Positions 38,362 through 52,116 of a stretch of 64,000 nucleotides of DNA are shown piece by piece (the stretch's first letter is position 1; every line of letters begins with the position of its first letter). A program made the position numbers and the translations under genes. The stretch comes from Octopus vulgaris (taxonomy: Eukaryota): positions 24,738,001-24,802,000 of the forward strand of contig OX597831.1 of NCBI GenBank assembly GCA_951406725.2. Direction: 5' to 3'. The notes below the pieces were generated by a model. That model was not told where the DNA came from and searched no databases. It worked only from the letters and a program-made list of their open reading frames with translations.

Positions 38362-38529
38362 TATTAGGGGAATATATACCTGGTAGCATAGAAGCCTAAT
38401 GTGGATCCATAGCTCCAGCCTCAGCTGTGAACTTCAAACCTAAATGATGACCAATTGACCAATTGTAGCACTTACTCAGCATACCTGTTCATTTAGATAA
38501 TCAGTGAACTAGACCCCCATTATTCTTTG

Positions 38530-38568
<39 letters not shown>

Positions 38569-38700
38569 GTGTGTGTGTGTGTATAGATATATAGATAAAT
38601 AGATAATCCTATCAGGTGGTGCTATTAATTAGACATGTCCTGGACCAATCTTTTGTCATAGCATATCAAAGCTTTATATATATGTAAATATATATATTTT

Positions 38701-38732
<32 letters not shown>

Positions 38733-38738
<6 letters not shown>

Positions 38739-38928
38739 GATACACGAGGGCAGTATATCTATATATATGTAATCTACTATATTTATACATACGTACAAAC
38801 ATATATATGTATATATAAATATATATATATATGTATGTATATATATATATATATATATGTTTGTATGTATGTATAAATATAGTAGGTTACATATATATAT
38901 AGATATACTGCCCTCGTGTATCCTAATA
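38733..38928. mobile_element. Foldback element / MITE in (TA)n
   Basis: ~75 bp arms tattaggatacacgagggcagtatatct..caaacatata and their near-exact reverse complement. Confidence 0.8.
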
Positions 38929-38964
38929 CCATGAACCAGGAAAAGGTTAAAGAAGTACATCATG

Positions 38965-39008
<44 letters not shown>

Positions 39009-40297
39009 GATGCAGGTACATGTGTGAATGTATAGATATAATACTAGATATAATACCCTTTATTTATATCTTAACTTACATTCTGAATTAATCATACACT
39101 CACACACACACACACACACACACATACACAAAACTCTGATAAATGCAATGAATTGTTATTGATTTAATAAATAAATGATATATAAAATAACAACAATAAT
39201 TCACTATCATCAATAACCAAACAGAATATCAATGTGGCATCAAATATATTCCATTGTGATGAATAGTCTGTTACCATTATTGTCTTTAGAATTAAAGACA
39301 CTTTAACATTTCATTGTGCTACACATCTATCTTCTTCAATACAATATTTAGTGGTGGGGCTACATTTGACATTTACACACTGATTCATCGACCCACCATA
39401 CACACATACCACCCCCATGGCTGCCACCAATGAATGAAAGGAAAAAGAGTGGGTGATATACTTTCATACACTTACTATTACTACTACTGATGATGATGAT
39501 GATCATCATCATGATCAGGATCATGGTGTTGTTCTTTGTTTCGTTACACAGATATGATCTCTTAACAATAATATTCTCATTAATGAACCAAATGAATGAG
39601 AACAAACGAAGCAAACCACATGTGTGCACATGCACACACACACACATTTACTCACTCACTCACACACACAAACTTAAGTGTTTTGTGTCATTAGAATAAC
39701 CCTGTAGAATATTGATTCCTCCATCCTTCATCCCTGACTTCATTCGGAGAAATACTGTTTGGTGCAAATGCCTATCAACTTTTTTAGTAGCAAAAATCAC
39801 CTCCTCTCTTTGTGATACAACAAGGCCTAAATCTAGCTAAAAGTTAATCAGTCTTTATTAGCTTGATCATAATAGAAAAACTACAAGTATGGAATATACC
39901 ATTGTGGTACCAGCTTGGTCATGATGTTAAGAAATTCTTTCCCCAGTCTCCTGATAATGGTTTCAGTTTCACTGCACATCACCTTAGTTAAGTGTCATCT
40001 ACAACCACAGGTTGACTGATATCTTGTGAGTGAAATTCAGTTGATTAAAATTGTGCTGAAGCCTGTTATATATAAATATATGTGCGTTTTTGACGAAGTC
40101 ATATGCACTGTTATACAAAGGCCTTTGAGATAGACTAACGTACAAATAATCCATTTACACTCTACTCATCATAAATGTGCCATGAAATCATAGGTCCACT
40201 GATAACCTACATCTGTCTGCTTGATTTGAATTGTTATTCATTCCTCTTTATTAATTTTTAAAAGACCTGATTTTTAAAAAATATTTACAAACATCAA

Positions 40298-40696
40298 GGC
40301 GCAGGAGTGGCTGTGTGGTAAGTAGCTTGTTCACCAACCACATGGTTCTGGGTTCAGCCCCACTGCGTGGCACCTTGGGCAAGTGTCTTCTACTATAGCC
40401 TCGGGCCGACCAAAGCCTTGTGAGTGGATTTGGTAGACGGAAACTGAAAGAAGCCTGTCGTATATATGTATATGCGTGTGTGTGCTTGTGTGTCTGTGTT
40501 TGTCCCCATAGCATTGCTTGACAACCGATGCTTGTGTGTTTATGTCCCCATTACTTAGCGGTTCGGCAAAAGAGACCGATAGAATAAGTACTGCGCTTAC
40601 AAAAGAATAAGTCTCGGAGTCGAGTTGGTCGACTAAAGGCAGTGCTCCAGCATGGCCGCAGTCAAATGACTGAAACAAGTAAAAGAGTAAAAGAGT
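40298..40696 (+). mobile_element. SINE family A, inserted at the head of a family D copy
   Basis: Family homology; atcaa on both flanks. Confidence 0.93.
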
Positions 40697-40699
40697 ATC

Positions 40700-40915
40700 A
40701 AGGTGGCAAGCTGGCAGAGTTGTTAGCACACAAGGAAAAATGCTTAATAGTATTTCATCTGTCTTTATGTTCAAAGTTCAAATTCTGCCATAGCTGACTT
40801 TGCCTTTCATCCTTTTGAGGGGCCAATAAAATAATTACCAGCTAAATATTGAGAATTGATATAATTCACTTCCCCTTCACCTAAAATTACTGGCCTTCTG
40901 TGAAAAATTGTTACT
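40700..40915 (+). mobile_element. SINE family D, alternative tail
   Basis: ggtggcaagctggcaga..gactttgcctttcatcct. Confidence 0.8.
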
Positions 40916-41264
40916 CATATTTCTAAACATTCAGAATTATGTGGGCGTACTTATTGCTCTCCCTTTCATGGCTGCCTCCCTTTTACGGCAAAAAGTTTCT
41001 CCATAAGAAGCCACAGTAAATCGCTAATAAACATGTTTACAAATACATATGTGTATATATATATAAAATCAAAAGTGTGTAAGAAGGACAAACCTTCTCC
41101 ATCACAAATTACTGATTTAGATACTCAAATGGCATGAAAACCTAAATGTTCTAAAATTCCTTTGTTGGCAAAAAAGATGCCAAACAAAAGCTTCCTTACC
41201 ATCAAAGTAGTTACAGTCAATTCAGAAATCAGCTTCAATAAAGGAAAAGAAAGCAAAAAATTAA

Positions 41265-41276
41265 ATAATAATAATG

Positions 41277-41334
<58 letters not shown>

Positions 41335-41543
41335 TAATAATAATAATAAGTATAATAATCATTTCTACTGGGAATACAGGGGAAGGGATTAAGTCAATTG
41401 TATCAACCCCAGTGTATAACTGGTACTTATTTAATCGACCCTGAAAGGATGAAAGACAAAGTCAATCTTGGAGGAATTTGAATTCACAATGTAGCAACAG
41501 ACAAAATAACACTAATGATTCTGCCAGCTCACCACATTTGATG

Positions 41544-41623
<80 letters not shown>

Positions 41624-41995
41624 AAGAAGAATCCTTTCTTCTACAGGCTCATGGCCTGACATTTTTGGTGGAGGTGACTAGTTGATTACATTGATCCCAT
41701 TACTCAAAGGATTCTTTTTTGATCTATGTCGAAAGGATGAAAGGCAAAGTCAAACGCGGCATGATTTAAACTCAGAATGTAAAACTGGAAGAAATACCTC
41801 TAGGCCTTTTGTCTGGCATGTTAAAAAAAAAAAAAATAATAATAGTGTTTCTGATTTAGGCATAAGACTAGCTGTTTTGAGGGTAGGATGAAAATTGATG
41901 GCACTGATAAACTACTTGGTTGGTTCTTTATTTTATTGACCCCTAGAAAAATGAAAAATAAAGTTGAACTTGGCAGGATTTGAACTCAGAACATA
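41265..41995 (-). mobile_element. Head-to-tail cluster of three family D copies with (AAT)n/(GAA)n tails
   Basis: Core aaaggatgaaag.caaagtc..ggaatttgaa appears three times (~41445, ~41733, ~41948). Confidence 0.8.
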
Positions 41996-42703
41996 AAAAA
42001 ATGTAATAAAGTTCCTCAAAATATTTCATGCATCACTATTGATTTTACTCAAAATGGAGATGTGGATGCAACGCAAGAATCTATTCTGATAATATTTCTG
42101 AAATATACTCCTTCAGAAACTAGAGAATATTGCTCTCTGAGGAAATATAAGTTCTTTGAGGTAAAAAAAAGTAAATAAATAAAATTCTTAACTAAAATAT
42201 GAAACAAATTGAAATAAATCATGACCTTTATAAATTTGCATATCTGTGGTCACATATTATGTGGTCACAGGCCAATGAAAAAAACTGTCTGTGATCATGA
42301 GCCAATGAGAAGTGGTTGGCATTGTCTTATTTTAATCATAGGTGTGAAAGCTGAAGACTAAGGTTAAGCAACATCGTAAACAAGTTCATAACCTACTTTC
42401 GATTATATGTATATGCAGATACACATACAAGTATACACACACAACGAGTCACAGGCAACACATGGAAACACACATGTAATAACATAGTTATACGCCATGT
42501 GTGGGAGGCTCTTGATCAGTATGCTGTATTGATTATGATAATTCGGTATATCTTGGAAAAAGAAGAAATACGTACAGACATACATATACATCTATATCTA
42601 TATGCATACACATGCATGTATATAGACGTGTACGCATGAACACTTATATTTAAGTAGACATATATGCATATACATATGTATAAGCGTATACACAAGCATT
42701 ATA

Positions 42704-42745
<42 letters not shown>

Positions 42746-42802
42746 AATCATCATCATCACTTAAATATATATATATATATTTTAAATAGGTATATATCAT
42801 AA

Positions 42803-42938
42803 ATGTTTGCTTCTCAACCACATGGCTCCAGTTTCAATCCCACTGCATGGCATCATGGGCAAGTGTCTTCTACTATAGCCTCAAGCTGACCAAAGCCTTG
42901 TTGGTGGATTTGGTAGACAGAAACTAAAAGAAGCCCAT

Positions 42939-43012
<74 letters not shown>

Positions 43013-43220
43013 TGTATGTATTTGTGTGTCTGTGTTTGCCCTCCCACCATCGCTTGACAACCGATATTGGTGTTTATATTCCCGTAACCTAGCGGTTCGG
43101 CACAAGACACCAATAGAATAAGTACTAGGCTGACAAAGAATAAGTCCTGCGGTTGATTTGTTTGACTAAAGGTGGTGCTCCAGCATGGCCACAGTCAAAT
43201 GACTAAAACAAGTAAAAGAA
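42803..43220 (+). mobile_element. SINE family A with (CT)n(TA)n centre
   Basis: Family homology. Confidence 0.9.
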
Positions 43221-43968
43221 TATATATCAGTATATATATATGTGTGTGTGTGTGTGTGTATGTATGCATGCATGCATGTATGTATGTATTATAAATATGT
43301 GTGTGTGTGTGTGTCTGTCTGCATACACACATGCAGACATCTACATATACTTATACACAGACTAATGTTTCTAACATTAGCAGAATTCCAAAATGTTTGA
43401 GAAAGGATTGTAGTCAATTGAATTAACTATAAGATAATATTTGAATTAACTACAGGATATATATTTTGTTAGCTATGAAATACTGTTTAGCAGAGAAGCC
43501 AAATATTATGGAATTCAGATTAAGAATGTGGAGAAATGAGATTTAATTCTGTAATACCTTCAGTTCAGTATGGTTCTCCTCACAAATAGAATCTCTGTGT
43601 GATAGACAGCCTTGCAAGAAATAGTAGCTAAATCTCTCCCTAATAGCATCTTATCATCTTAATATAAAAAAGGTGTTGGATAATGCAAATTTTGTGTCCT
43701 CTGTTCATAGGAAAATGATAGAATGTCTTTTGTTAAAGGCCAACTATATCAGGACTAACCTGGGTTTGAACCACAAAAAAACAACAGCAATGATGTATTG
43801 TATATTTGTTTACTTATTAGTTAAGGCAGTAGACAGATTTAATTCTCGCATCTCAGCTCATTCAAAGAAAAATGTGGAGAACATGTCAAAAACTATATTA
43901 CTAAGAATGTGACATACGCTGATGCAAAGACTCAGTTTACAAAAAAAAAAAAAAAAAATACAATGATG

Positions 43969-44014
<46 letters not shown>

Positions 44015-44444
44015 TAAGGTTTCTGAAATTCCTCAAATCTTAATATATAAATAATTCATATAGAGATAGAACTAATGTCACTCTAATTTCTTCAGTGAAC
44101 TTCTGTACAAAACTGAGACATTTGGTACTTATTTATGCCAATCTGTCAACTTCTGAATCCAGCTAAACATCATGCAGTTTCTAAACTTTAGCTGCAAACA
44201 AATTGTGTTGCTGTTTGTTGTTACTGTTGCTGTTGGAAGAAATGGTGAAATATTTCTAACAGACAGATGTTCAATCTCACCAATCTCAGAGTTGCAAGTA
44301 AATGAGATTTGTACCCTTGCCTATCCATTCTTATGACTGGCTTGATTTTGTCTTGTTTGGGCTCGAATTTCAGATGTTACCAGTCAAATATATGGATTTG
44401 AACAATAAATCAGTAAGGGTAGATGTACATTATGTCAGCATAAT

Positions 44445-44821
44445 GGCGCAGGAGTGGCTGTGTGGTAAGTAGCTTGTTTGCCAACCACATGGTTCCGGGT
44501 TCAGTTCCACTGCGTGGCACCTTCGGCAAGTGTCTTCTACTATAGCCCTCGGGCCGACCAAAGCCTTGTGAGTGGATTTGGTAGACGGAAACTGAAAGAA
44601 GCCCATCGTATATATGTATATGTATATGTTTGTATGTCTGTGTTTGTCCCCATAGCATTGCTTGACAATGTCCCCGTTACTTAGCGGTTCGGCAAAAGAG
44701 ACCGATAGAATAAGTACTGGGCTTACAAAGAATAAGTCCCGGGGTTGAGTTGCTCGATTAAAAGCGGTGCTCCAGCATGGCCGCAGTCAAATGACTGAAA
44801 CAAGTAAAAGAGTAAAAGAGT
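44445..44821 (+). mobile_element. SINE family A
   Basis: Family homology. Confidence 0.93.
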
Positions 44822-45155
44822 ATACTCCTGGAACTTTGATATTTAATAAAACAACAAACTAAATAAAATAACTTGCGAGGATTCAATGAAATAATGTTTG
44901 TCAAGACTAAGCTGGATTTAGAATATAGCATAACAAAAGATTCTGAAGTAAAATTAGAGTCGAAAGTTGCAAGTTAAATAAAAATCCAAAGTTTTGTGAC
45001 ATGGAAATAGAAAAGGTGTGCAGTAAGTTGACGTCAAAAAGATTTTAAAGAATTTGGTCTCCAATTCAAGTTAGTAACAATTTCTAGAAAGATTTGCTTG
45101 TTTCATCAAATGTGTGTAAAAACTGCATAACTTGGAGGAATGACCTTATATATGT

Positions 45156-45317
45156 GGTGCATGAGTGGCTGTGTGGTAAGTAGCTTGCTTACCAACCACA
45201 TGGTTCCGGGTTCAGTCCCACTGTGTGGCACCTTGGGCAAGTGTCTTCTACTCTAACCTCAGGCCGACCAAAGCCTTGTGAGTGGATTTGGTAGACAGAA
45301 ACTGAAAGAAGCCCGTC

Positions 45318-45377
<60 letters not shown>

Positions 45378-45576
45378 CTGTTTTTGTCCCCCCAACATCG
45401 CTTGACAATTGATGCTGGTGTGTTTAGGTCCCCGTAACTTAGCTGTTCGGCAAAAGAAACTGATAGAATAAGTACTCGGCTTACAAAGAATAAGTTGGGG
45501 TCAATTTGCTCGACTAAAGGTGGTGCTCCAGCATGGCCACAGTCAAATGACTGAAACAAGTAAAAGAGTAAAAGAG
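45156..45576 (+). mobile_element. SINE family A
   Basis: Family homology. Confidence 0.93.
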
Positions 45577-46333
45577 TATATGTGTGTGTGTGTGTGTTTG
45601 TGTGTGCGCGCGTGTGCACCCATATGCATGTGTGTGCATGCTCTTCTACACTGTACATGTATTGTGTGGTGATGAACTTCTGCATAACAGTCTGCTAATG
45701 TTTATTCTCTGTTTTCCTTTACAATGTGTGCGAGCACTTTTTAAAGTCAAGTAATTAAGATAAAAGAAGTTAAAAAATAAAACAGAGATGTCTTTCGCAT
45801 ATTTTCTTGGAAAGGGATTAGCTATTTGCTAAAGAATTTGAATGAAGAATTAAAAAAAAAAAAAGACAAAACGGAGTTTTCCACTATGGCTCCTAGTCTA
45901 CAAATCAATGTTAACTCTGTCAATTCCTCAATAGTTTAAACAACAGCTTTTGTTATTATATAACCTGCATTAAACAAATTCCAAGTTTTTTTGCTATGCA
46001 GATTTGGTCCTGAACTCATGTTTACAGTCGTATCATAATTACAGCAGCTGTTCTGTCATGCCTCGTTCATTAAGATCATAGTTCCCAGCATTCGTTATTC
46101 GAGGTGACATTTATCAATGTTGAAAAATCCAAAGATATTACATGAGCCTTTTTACATTTCTTAATCCATGTCTTATACGATTTAGTAGCTATATATTTCT
46201 GTGAAATTTATTTTTTGTTTTTTTTAATTTTCTTTTCATACAATATTTTGCAATCAAAATATTTATTAAATTCAGTAGTTCTGTATCAGTTGGTATTATA
46301 TTCACTTCTGGTGATCAATTTTGCCATTGTTTC

Positions 46334-46399
<66 letters not shown>

Positions 46400-46404
46400 G
46401 TATA

Positions 46405-46462
<58 letters not shown>

Positions 46463-46465
46463 TAT

Positions 46466-46496
<31 letters not shown>

Positions 46497-46528
46497 CATA
46501 TATATATACATATATATATACATATATA
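46334..46528. repeat. (TA)n/(CA)n microsatellite
   Basis: Direct reading. Confidence 0.95.
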
Positions 46529-47127
46529 TTACATAACAGAGCCTTAGAGAAAAAAAATGATATTGTTTGAGACGAGAATTCAGCATACTCCTAAAGTGGG
46601 TGTATAACGAAAATACATTTGGAAACATTTTTAGAGTTTAATTTGATTAATTACTGACCATTGTGTTTTATCCTGAATGATCTATGGTTCCTGTATTTTG
46701 TTCCTGAATCAGGCATGTTACTGGTGATAAATGCAGTTTGGTCCAACTGACATAAAGCATATTCTGTGTTTAGGTCCTGGATGAGTGGTTAATAGTAGGA
46801 CGAGCAACCAACTGTAACATCAGCCTCAACAAAATAACAGATTTATTGTTGGATATGAAGCCATAAAATCGTAATCCTTTGTAACAATGTTTCTAATGAA
46901 ATACGAGGGGATGCTGAAAAGTTCCTGGCTTTAAGGGAATAGCGAAAGGCCTGGTTGGAGACACAATCTTCTGAATAATTTTAACAAGGCTTACAAAAAT
47001 TGAAGGACCACTGCAATAAGTGTGTGAATTTGAGAGGGGAATATGATGGATTTAAGAGATGAAGAATTATATACATTATTTGCATTATTTACATTTGATG
47101 TATATATGTCTTCATCTTGTTAGTTGT

Positions 47128-47171
47128 TAACACGTTTCAGCTGATATACCCTCCAGCCTTCATCAGGTGTC
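47128..47171 (-). ncRNA. Minimal type I hammerhead motif, left arm (small deletion near cleavage site)
   Basis: rc: GACAC-CUGAUGA-A-GGCUG-loop-CAGCU-GAAAC-GUGUU. Confidence 0.55.
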
Positions 47172-47241
47172 TTGGGGAAATTTCGAACCTGGGTTCTCAT
47201 TCCTAAGGTATTTTTCGATGTTGTTATTTCTATTATCATCA

Positions 47242-47283
<42 letters not shown>

Positions 47284-47486
47284 TCACTTCCTGGAATTGA
47301 ACTCGAATTCTTGGGGTTAGTAGCCTGCACTCTTAACCACTACACCATATGCCCATGGGCATATGGTGTAATTCGATTCCAGGCAGTGACCTGAATAATA
47401 TTAATAATAATAATAATAATAATGATAATAATAACAACATCGAAAAATACCTTAAGAGTGAGAACCCAGGCTCGAAATTTCCCCAA

Positions 47487-47532
47487 GACACCTGATGAAG
47501 GCTGGAGGGTATATCAGCCGAAACATTGTGTT
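47487..47532 (+). ncRNA. Minimal type I hammerhead ribozyme motif, right arm
   Basis: GACAC-CUGAUGA-A-GGCUG-gagggUaUaU-CAGCC-GAAAC-AUU-GUGUU; stem I GACAC/GUGUU; stem II 5 bp. Confidence 0.68.
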
Positions 47533-47845
47533 AACAACAAACAAGATGACAAATATCCGTCAAATGTAAATAATGTAATACTCCTGCATTTTCTTTTATC
47601 CAAGGCCAGGAGCTTTTTAGTATTCCCTCAGTTAATTTTGAAAACTACAAAACATTTTTTTCCGCAACTAGGCTCTCAACATGCCAGCCTTATACAGTCA
47701 CTCACTCTTCTAGAAATAGTAGCATTATCTCTCATTCTAGCAACAACTTAATACCTTGAGAACAGACACATTTGATAATGTAGTCCTACATAACCCTGAG
47801 AAACCAGTATGGGTATATAAGACCTCAAATGTATTCAATCCATTA

Positions 47846-48085
47846 CCTATTTCTATTTCTTTATTACCCACAAGGGGCTAAATACAGAGAGGACAAACAA
47901 AGACGGACAAAGGGATTAAGTCAATAACATCGACCCCAGAGCGTAACTGGTACTTAATTTATCGATCCCAAAAGGATGAAAGGCAAAGTCGACCTCGGCA
48001 GAATTTGAGCTCAGAACGTAACGGCAGACGAAATATGGCTAAGCATTTCGCCCGGCGTGCTAACAATTCTGCCAGCTCGCCGTCT
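47846..48085 (-). mobile_element. SINE family D, full length
   Basis: Family homology. Confidence 0.92.
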
Positions 48086-49663
48086 TTCTTTTCCAGGTAT
48101 AAAATCCTTTGGAGTATATTATTCAATTAATTCCTCTTCTTTTAAAATGTTAAGATGTTATTTGAGAGAGATTTGGTTACTATTTCTAGCACATTGATTG
48201 ACAAAGGTTTCTTTGTAAGTTGATTTATATTTCAATTCTATGCCGTGGTTATTTTAATCAACTGTTCCTGGCAAACATTGGCCTTATTTCTAATCAAATA
48301 TGGATATACAGTTACATTACAGTCGCATATATGAAACTGTAAACTGGCAATTGACTTGGATACGTTGGTTAAAAGACAACAACAAGAATATATTGTAGAT
48401 AAATATAAATAAATGTGTTACATTAAAACAGTGAACAAAGATGTGAATCTCTAAGTATACTTTGATGTAGGGGGGAAATATACTTACCATTATTACAATT
48501 ATGGTAGCTATTTGTTCAGAACAAACAGACTTTGGCAACAGAATACAACTGTGTATATAACTTTATTAGACACGTCTTATGTTTATCCATATGTTTCCCT
48601 TTTATATATATATTTATTCTATTTGAATTCAATGAAACTTAGTTATTACAACAAAGAGAAGGACATTTTATGTATGATGAAACTACAGACTATAAAATAC
48701 AATATTACAAGATTAAACAGACTCGAAGCAGTATGGAATTATCATTAGGTATGTGTGCAAACACACACAGAGACACTCACATACGCATATTGGTCACATC
48801 TAAAGGATCTTTTAGAATCTTCAATACCATCATGAGGCATATTGTTTTGGCTTAATTTCACACACCTACACATACATAGTATTTTTCTCATTCTCTCCGC
48901 CTCTCTTTCTCTCTCTCTCTCTCTCTCTCCCTCTCTCTCTCATAACAATGTGTTAAAATATGTACTGATTTGGAGTTTACCAAAGCAGGTAGTTAGAGGC
49001 AATTTTCATCTCCTCTGTAATAAATAATATTGTATCAATTCCCTCACTGTGTTATTTTTGGGTGTCTTGAAGAATTTTGCCTAAATTATCCTTCATTAGC
49101 ATTCAGTGTTCTTCAGATGAAAGATAAAGTGAAAAGAAACATTTATTGGCTTCAGACATCGGAATTTAATGTCTTTGACTGTGACGGAGAATATATATTT
49201 GATTTAGAATAAAATATTCACACAAAGCAAATTATAGATTTCTTGAATTTAAATAAATTTCTTTTATATTCACGATCAAAATTGATGTTAAAAATGGAAT
49301 ATTATATATTGAAAATAAATGTTAAAAAGAAGCATAAGAAAATTAAAGAAATCTTTGCCTGATTTTTTGATTGTTATTTTTATAAAATTCTTTTTTTTGT
49401 AATGTAATTAGAAAGGAAACTTTGATAATTTAACATCTTTCCATTCCATCGTCTCTTATTGATTTTAAGATAGTTTAATTTATAAATAATCACTTTCTTT
49501 TTTTGTTCTTCTAAATACTTTAATCACATTGTGCCACATTGAACTCTTTAAAAACTTCGTATATTTTAATAAAGTATTGTCTTTCAGCTGCACTATAAAA
49601 ACAATGTTATAAGGGGTTCTTGTGTTGGACAAGAAATCAATCACTCAGTCTCAGATAAATATT

Positions 49664-50063
49664 GGTTTCAAATTTTGGCACGAAGCCAGCAATTTTGGGG
49701 GAGGGAGTAAATTGATTACATCAGTCTGATCCCTGTGCTTAACTGCTATTTTTTTTATTATTGACCCACCACCCATCAAGAGAATGAAAGGCAAAGACAA
49801 CCCTGGTTGCATTGTAACTCAGAAATTAAAGCCAGAAGACATGCTGCTAAGCATTTTGTCTGGCCTGGAATGCTAACGAGTCTGCCAGTTCATCAAATTA
49901 GTCATAGATAAATATTGGTTTCAAATTTTGTCACAAGGCCAGCAATTTCAGGGAAGAGAAGAAGTCGGTTACATCGATCCCAGTGTTCAATCAGTACTGA
50001 TTTTATCAACCCTCATAGGATGAAAGGCAAAGTTGACCTCAACAGAATTTGAACTCAGAATGT
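49664..50063 (-). mobile_element. Two tandem family D copies
   Basis: Two cores; first copy flanked by agtc..agataaatatt (49647-49663, 49900-49916). Confidence 0.82.
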
Positions 50064-50154
50064 AAATAAATACTCACAACAATCATTCAGGCAAAACCAC
50101 AAATTTAGGGGAACTGTGTATAGTCTATTTGTATATATATATATATATATATAT

Positions 50155-50363
50155 CTTTTTATCTCTTTTACTTGTTTCAGTCATTTGACTGCAGCCATGC
50201 TAGAGCAGCACCTTTAGTCAAGCAAATAGACCCCAGGACTTATTCTTTGGAAGCCTAGTACTTATTCTATTGGTTTCTTTTGCTGAACTGCTAAGTTACA
50301 AGGACGTAAACACACCAGTATCGGTTGTCAAGCGATGTTGGGGAGACAAACACAGAAACACAA

Positions 50364-50402
<39 letters not shown>

Positions 50403-50575
50403 CATATATACGATGGGCTTCTTTTTAGTTTCCGTCTACCAAACCCACTGACAATGCTTTGGTCGGCCAGAGGCCATAGTAGAAGATACTTGCTCAAGGT
50501 GCCACGCAGTGGGACTGAACCCAGAACCATGTGGTTGATAACGAAGCTACTTACCACACAGCCACTTCTACGCCT
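50155..50575 (-). mobile_element. SINE family A, full length
   Basis: Family homology. Confidence 0.93.
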
Positions 50576-50625
50576 ATGTATATATAAATAAATATGTATA
50601 TATGAATATATATATATATATTTAT

Positions 50626-50784
50626 AAATTAGAAAAAAACACCTTTTATCAATTCAAAAGGAACAAATAAATTACACTATCTAGAAAATTACATATAATA
50701 AAATATTTCTTTATATGTAATTTTCTAGATGGTGTAATTTTTTTTTCATTTTGAATTGATAAAAGGTGTTTTTTTTCTAATTTT
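50626..50784. mobile_element. AT-rich foldback / MITE in (TA)n
   Basis: aattagaaaaaaacaccttttatcaattcaaaa..tctagaaaattacatata / tatatgtaattttctaga..ttttgaattgataaaaggtgttttttttctaatt. Confidence 0.82.
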
Positions 50785-50896
50785 TCTATATATATATATA
50801 TATATATATATATGTTATATTGTGTGAAATTTGATTTCGGATTTCTAAATCGAATTTCTCCCTGGAAGTTAGGATTAATATTCCCTCAAATAATTA

Positions 50897-50934
<38 letters not shown>

Positions 50935-51717
50935 TATACTATACTAAAGGGCCAATGTATAAACCATGGATACACACATACAGATAGCTGGCATGCGTTA
51001 GACATGCATGAATAGCAGCAACATTCTAGTAGTAACTTTGAAAACCACATAAGACAAACTGATAAAGTAGTTTCCATCTTGCATTGAATTACATGTAAAC
51101 GGTGCAATATTGCAACTGCACCTTTTTGGTACAGAATATAATTGCTTATTGTGCATCACTTACTACAACTCTTCATCTCCTCTCATATAATTATCTGCAA
51201 TCAATATACATTCCTATGAACCAATCAAATTGCTTTCAGATGGTGGACTCTGTAGTTGATTGTCCTGAAAATCAAGTGGTACATACACATGCATACTATG
51301 CATGTGAAACACTCACACATACTAAGTGTGTGTGTGTATATATACATGCATACACATACACATGCATACATGGATTTTATGTGTATATGTATGAGCATGT
51401 TGATGTGTTTCCTTAGTTTTCAGCAATAATCATAGTTCATAGTTTGTCTTTGTGCAAAGCAAATTGTGTGAACCTAGTGATGGATTAAATCCTGTAGTAG
51501 CTGTAGTAATAGTATCATCACTTCAAATTCCTACCTGATGTATTAAGTCTTCATGTAATCACAAGCTAGTACGTAAAAATTCTATTAGTATGTGCTATTT
51601 TTTTCTCTACTGCTATTGTTATCAAAGTGATAGTTCACAGGACATATGTGACTCTATCAAAATCTTTCCTATCAAACTATATCATCATCATCATCATCAT
51701 TGTCAATATTATCATCA

Positions 51718-52116
51718 TTACTCTTTTACTCTTTTACTTGTTTCAGTCATTTGACTGTGGCCATGCTGAAGCACCACCTTTAGTTTAGCAAATAGACCCC
51801 GGGACTTATTCTTTCTAAGCCTAGTACTTATTCTATCGGTCTCTTTTGTTGAACCGCTAAGTTACCGGGGATGTAAACATACCAGCATCGGTTGTCAAAC
51901 GATGTTGGGGGGATAAACATATACACTTACACATACATATATATACATATATACGATGGGCTTCTTTCAGTTTCTGTCTACCAAATCCACTCACAAGGTT
52001 TTGGTCGGCCTGAGGTTATAGTAGAAGACACTTATGCAAGGTGCCACGCAGTGGGACTGAACCCGGAACCATGTGGCTGGTAAGCAAGCTACTTACCAAA
52101 CAGCCACTCCTACGCC
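51718..52116 (-). mobile_element. SINE family A, full length
   Basis: Family homology. Confidence 0.93.

Larger units (their letters stand above)
47053..47580. mobile_element. Head-to-head palindromic retroelement: tRNA-like head + (AAT)n + hammerhead-bearing Penelope-like tail
   Basis: Arms ~47072-47354 and ~47357-47579 are reverse complements about ..ccatatgcccat|gggcatatgg..; rc left arm has A box tggtgtagtgg and B box gagttcaattcc. Confidence 0.85.
46904..47631 (+). mobile_element. Mariner-derived MITE split by the palindromic element
   Basis: TA|cgaggggatgctgaaaagttcctggc; remnant GLQKLKDHCNKCVNLRGEY; right TIR ggccaggagctttttagtattccctc at 47604-47630. Confidence 0.82.
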
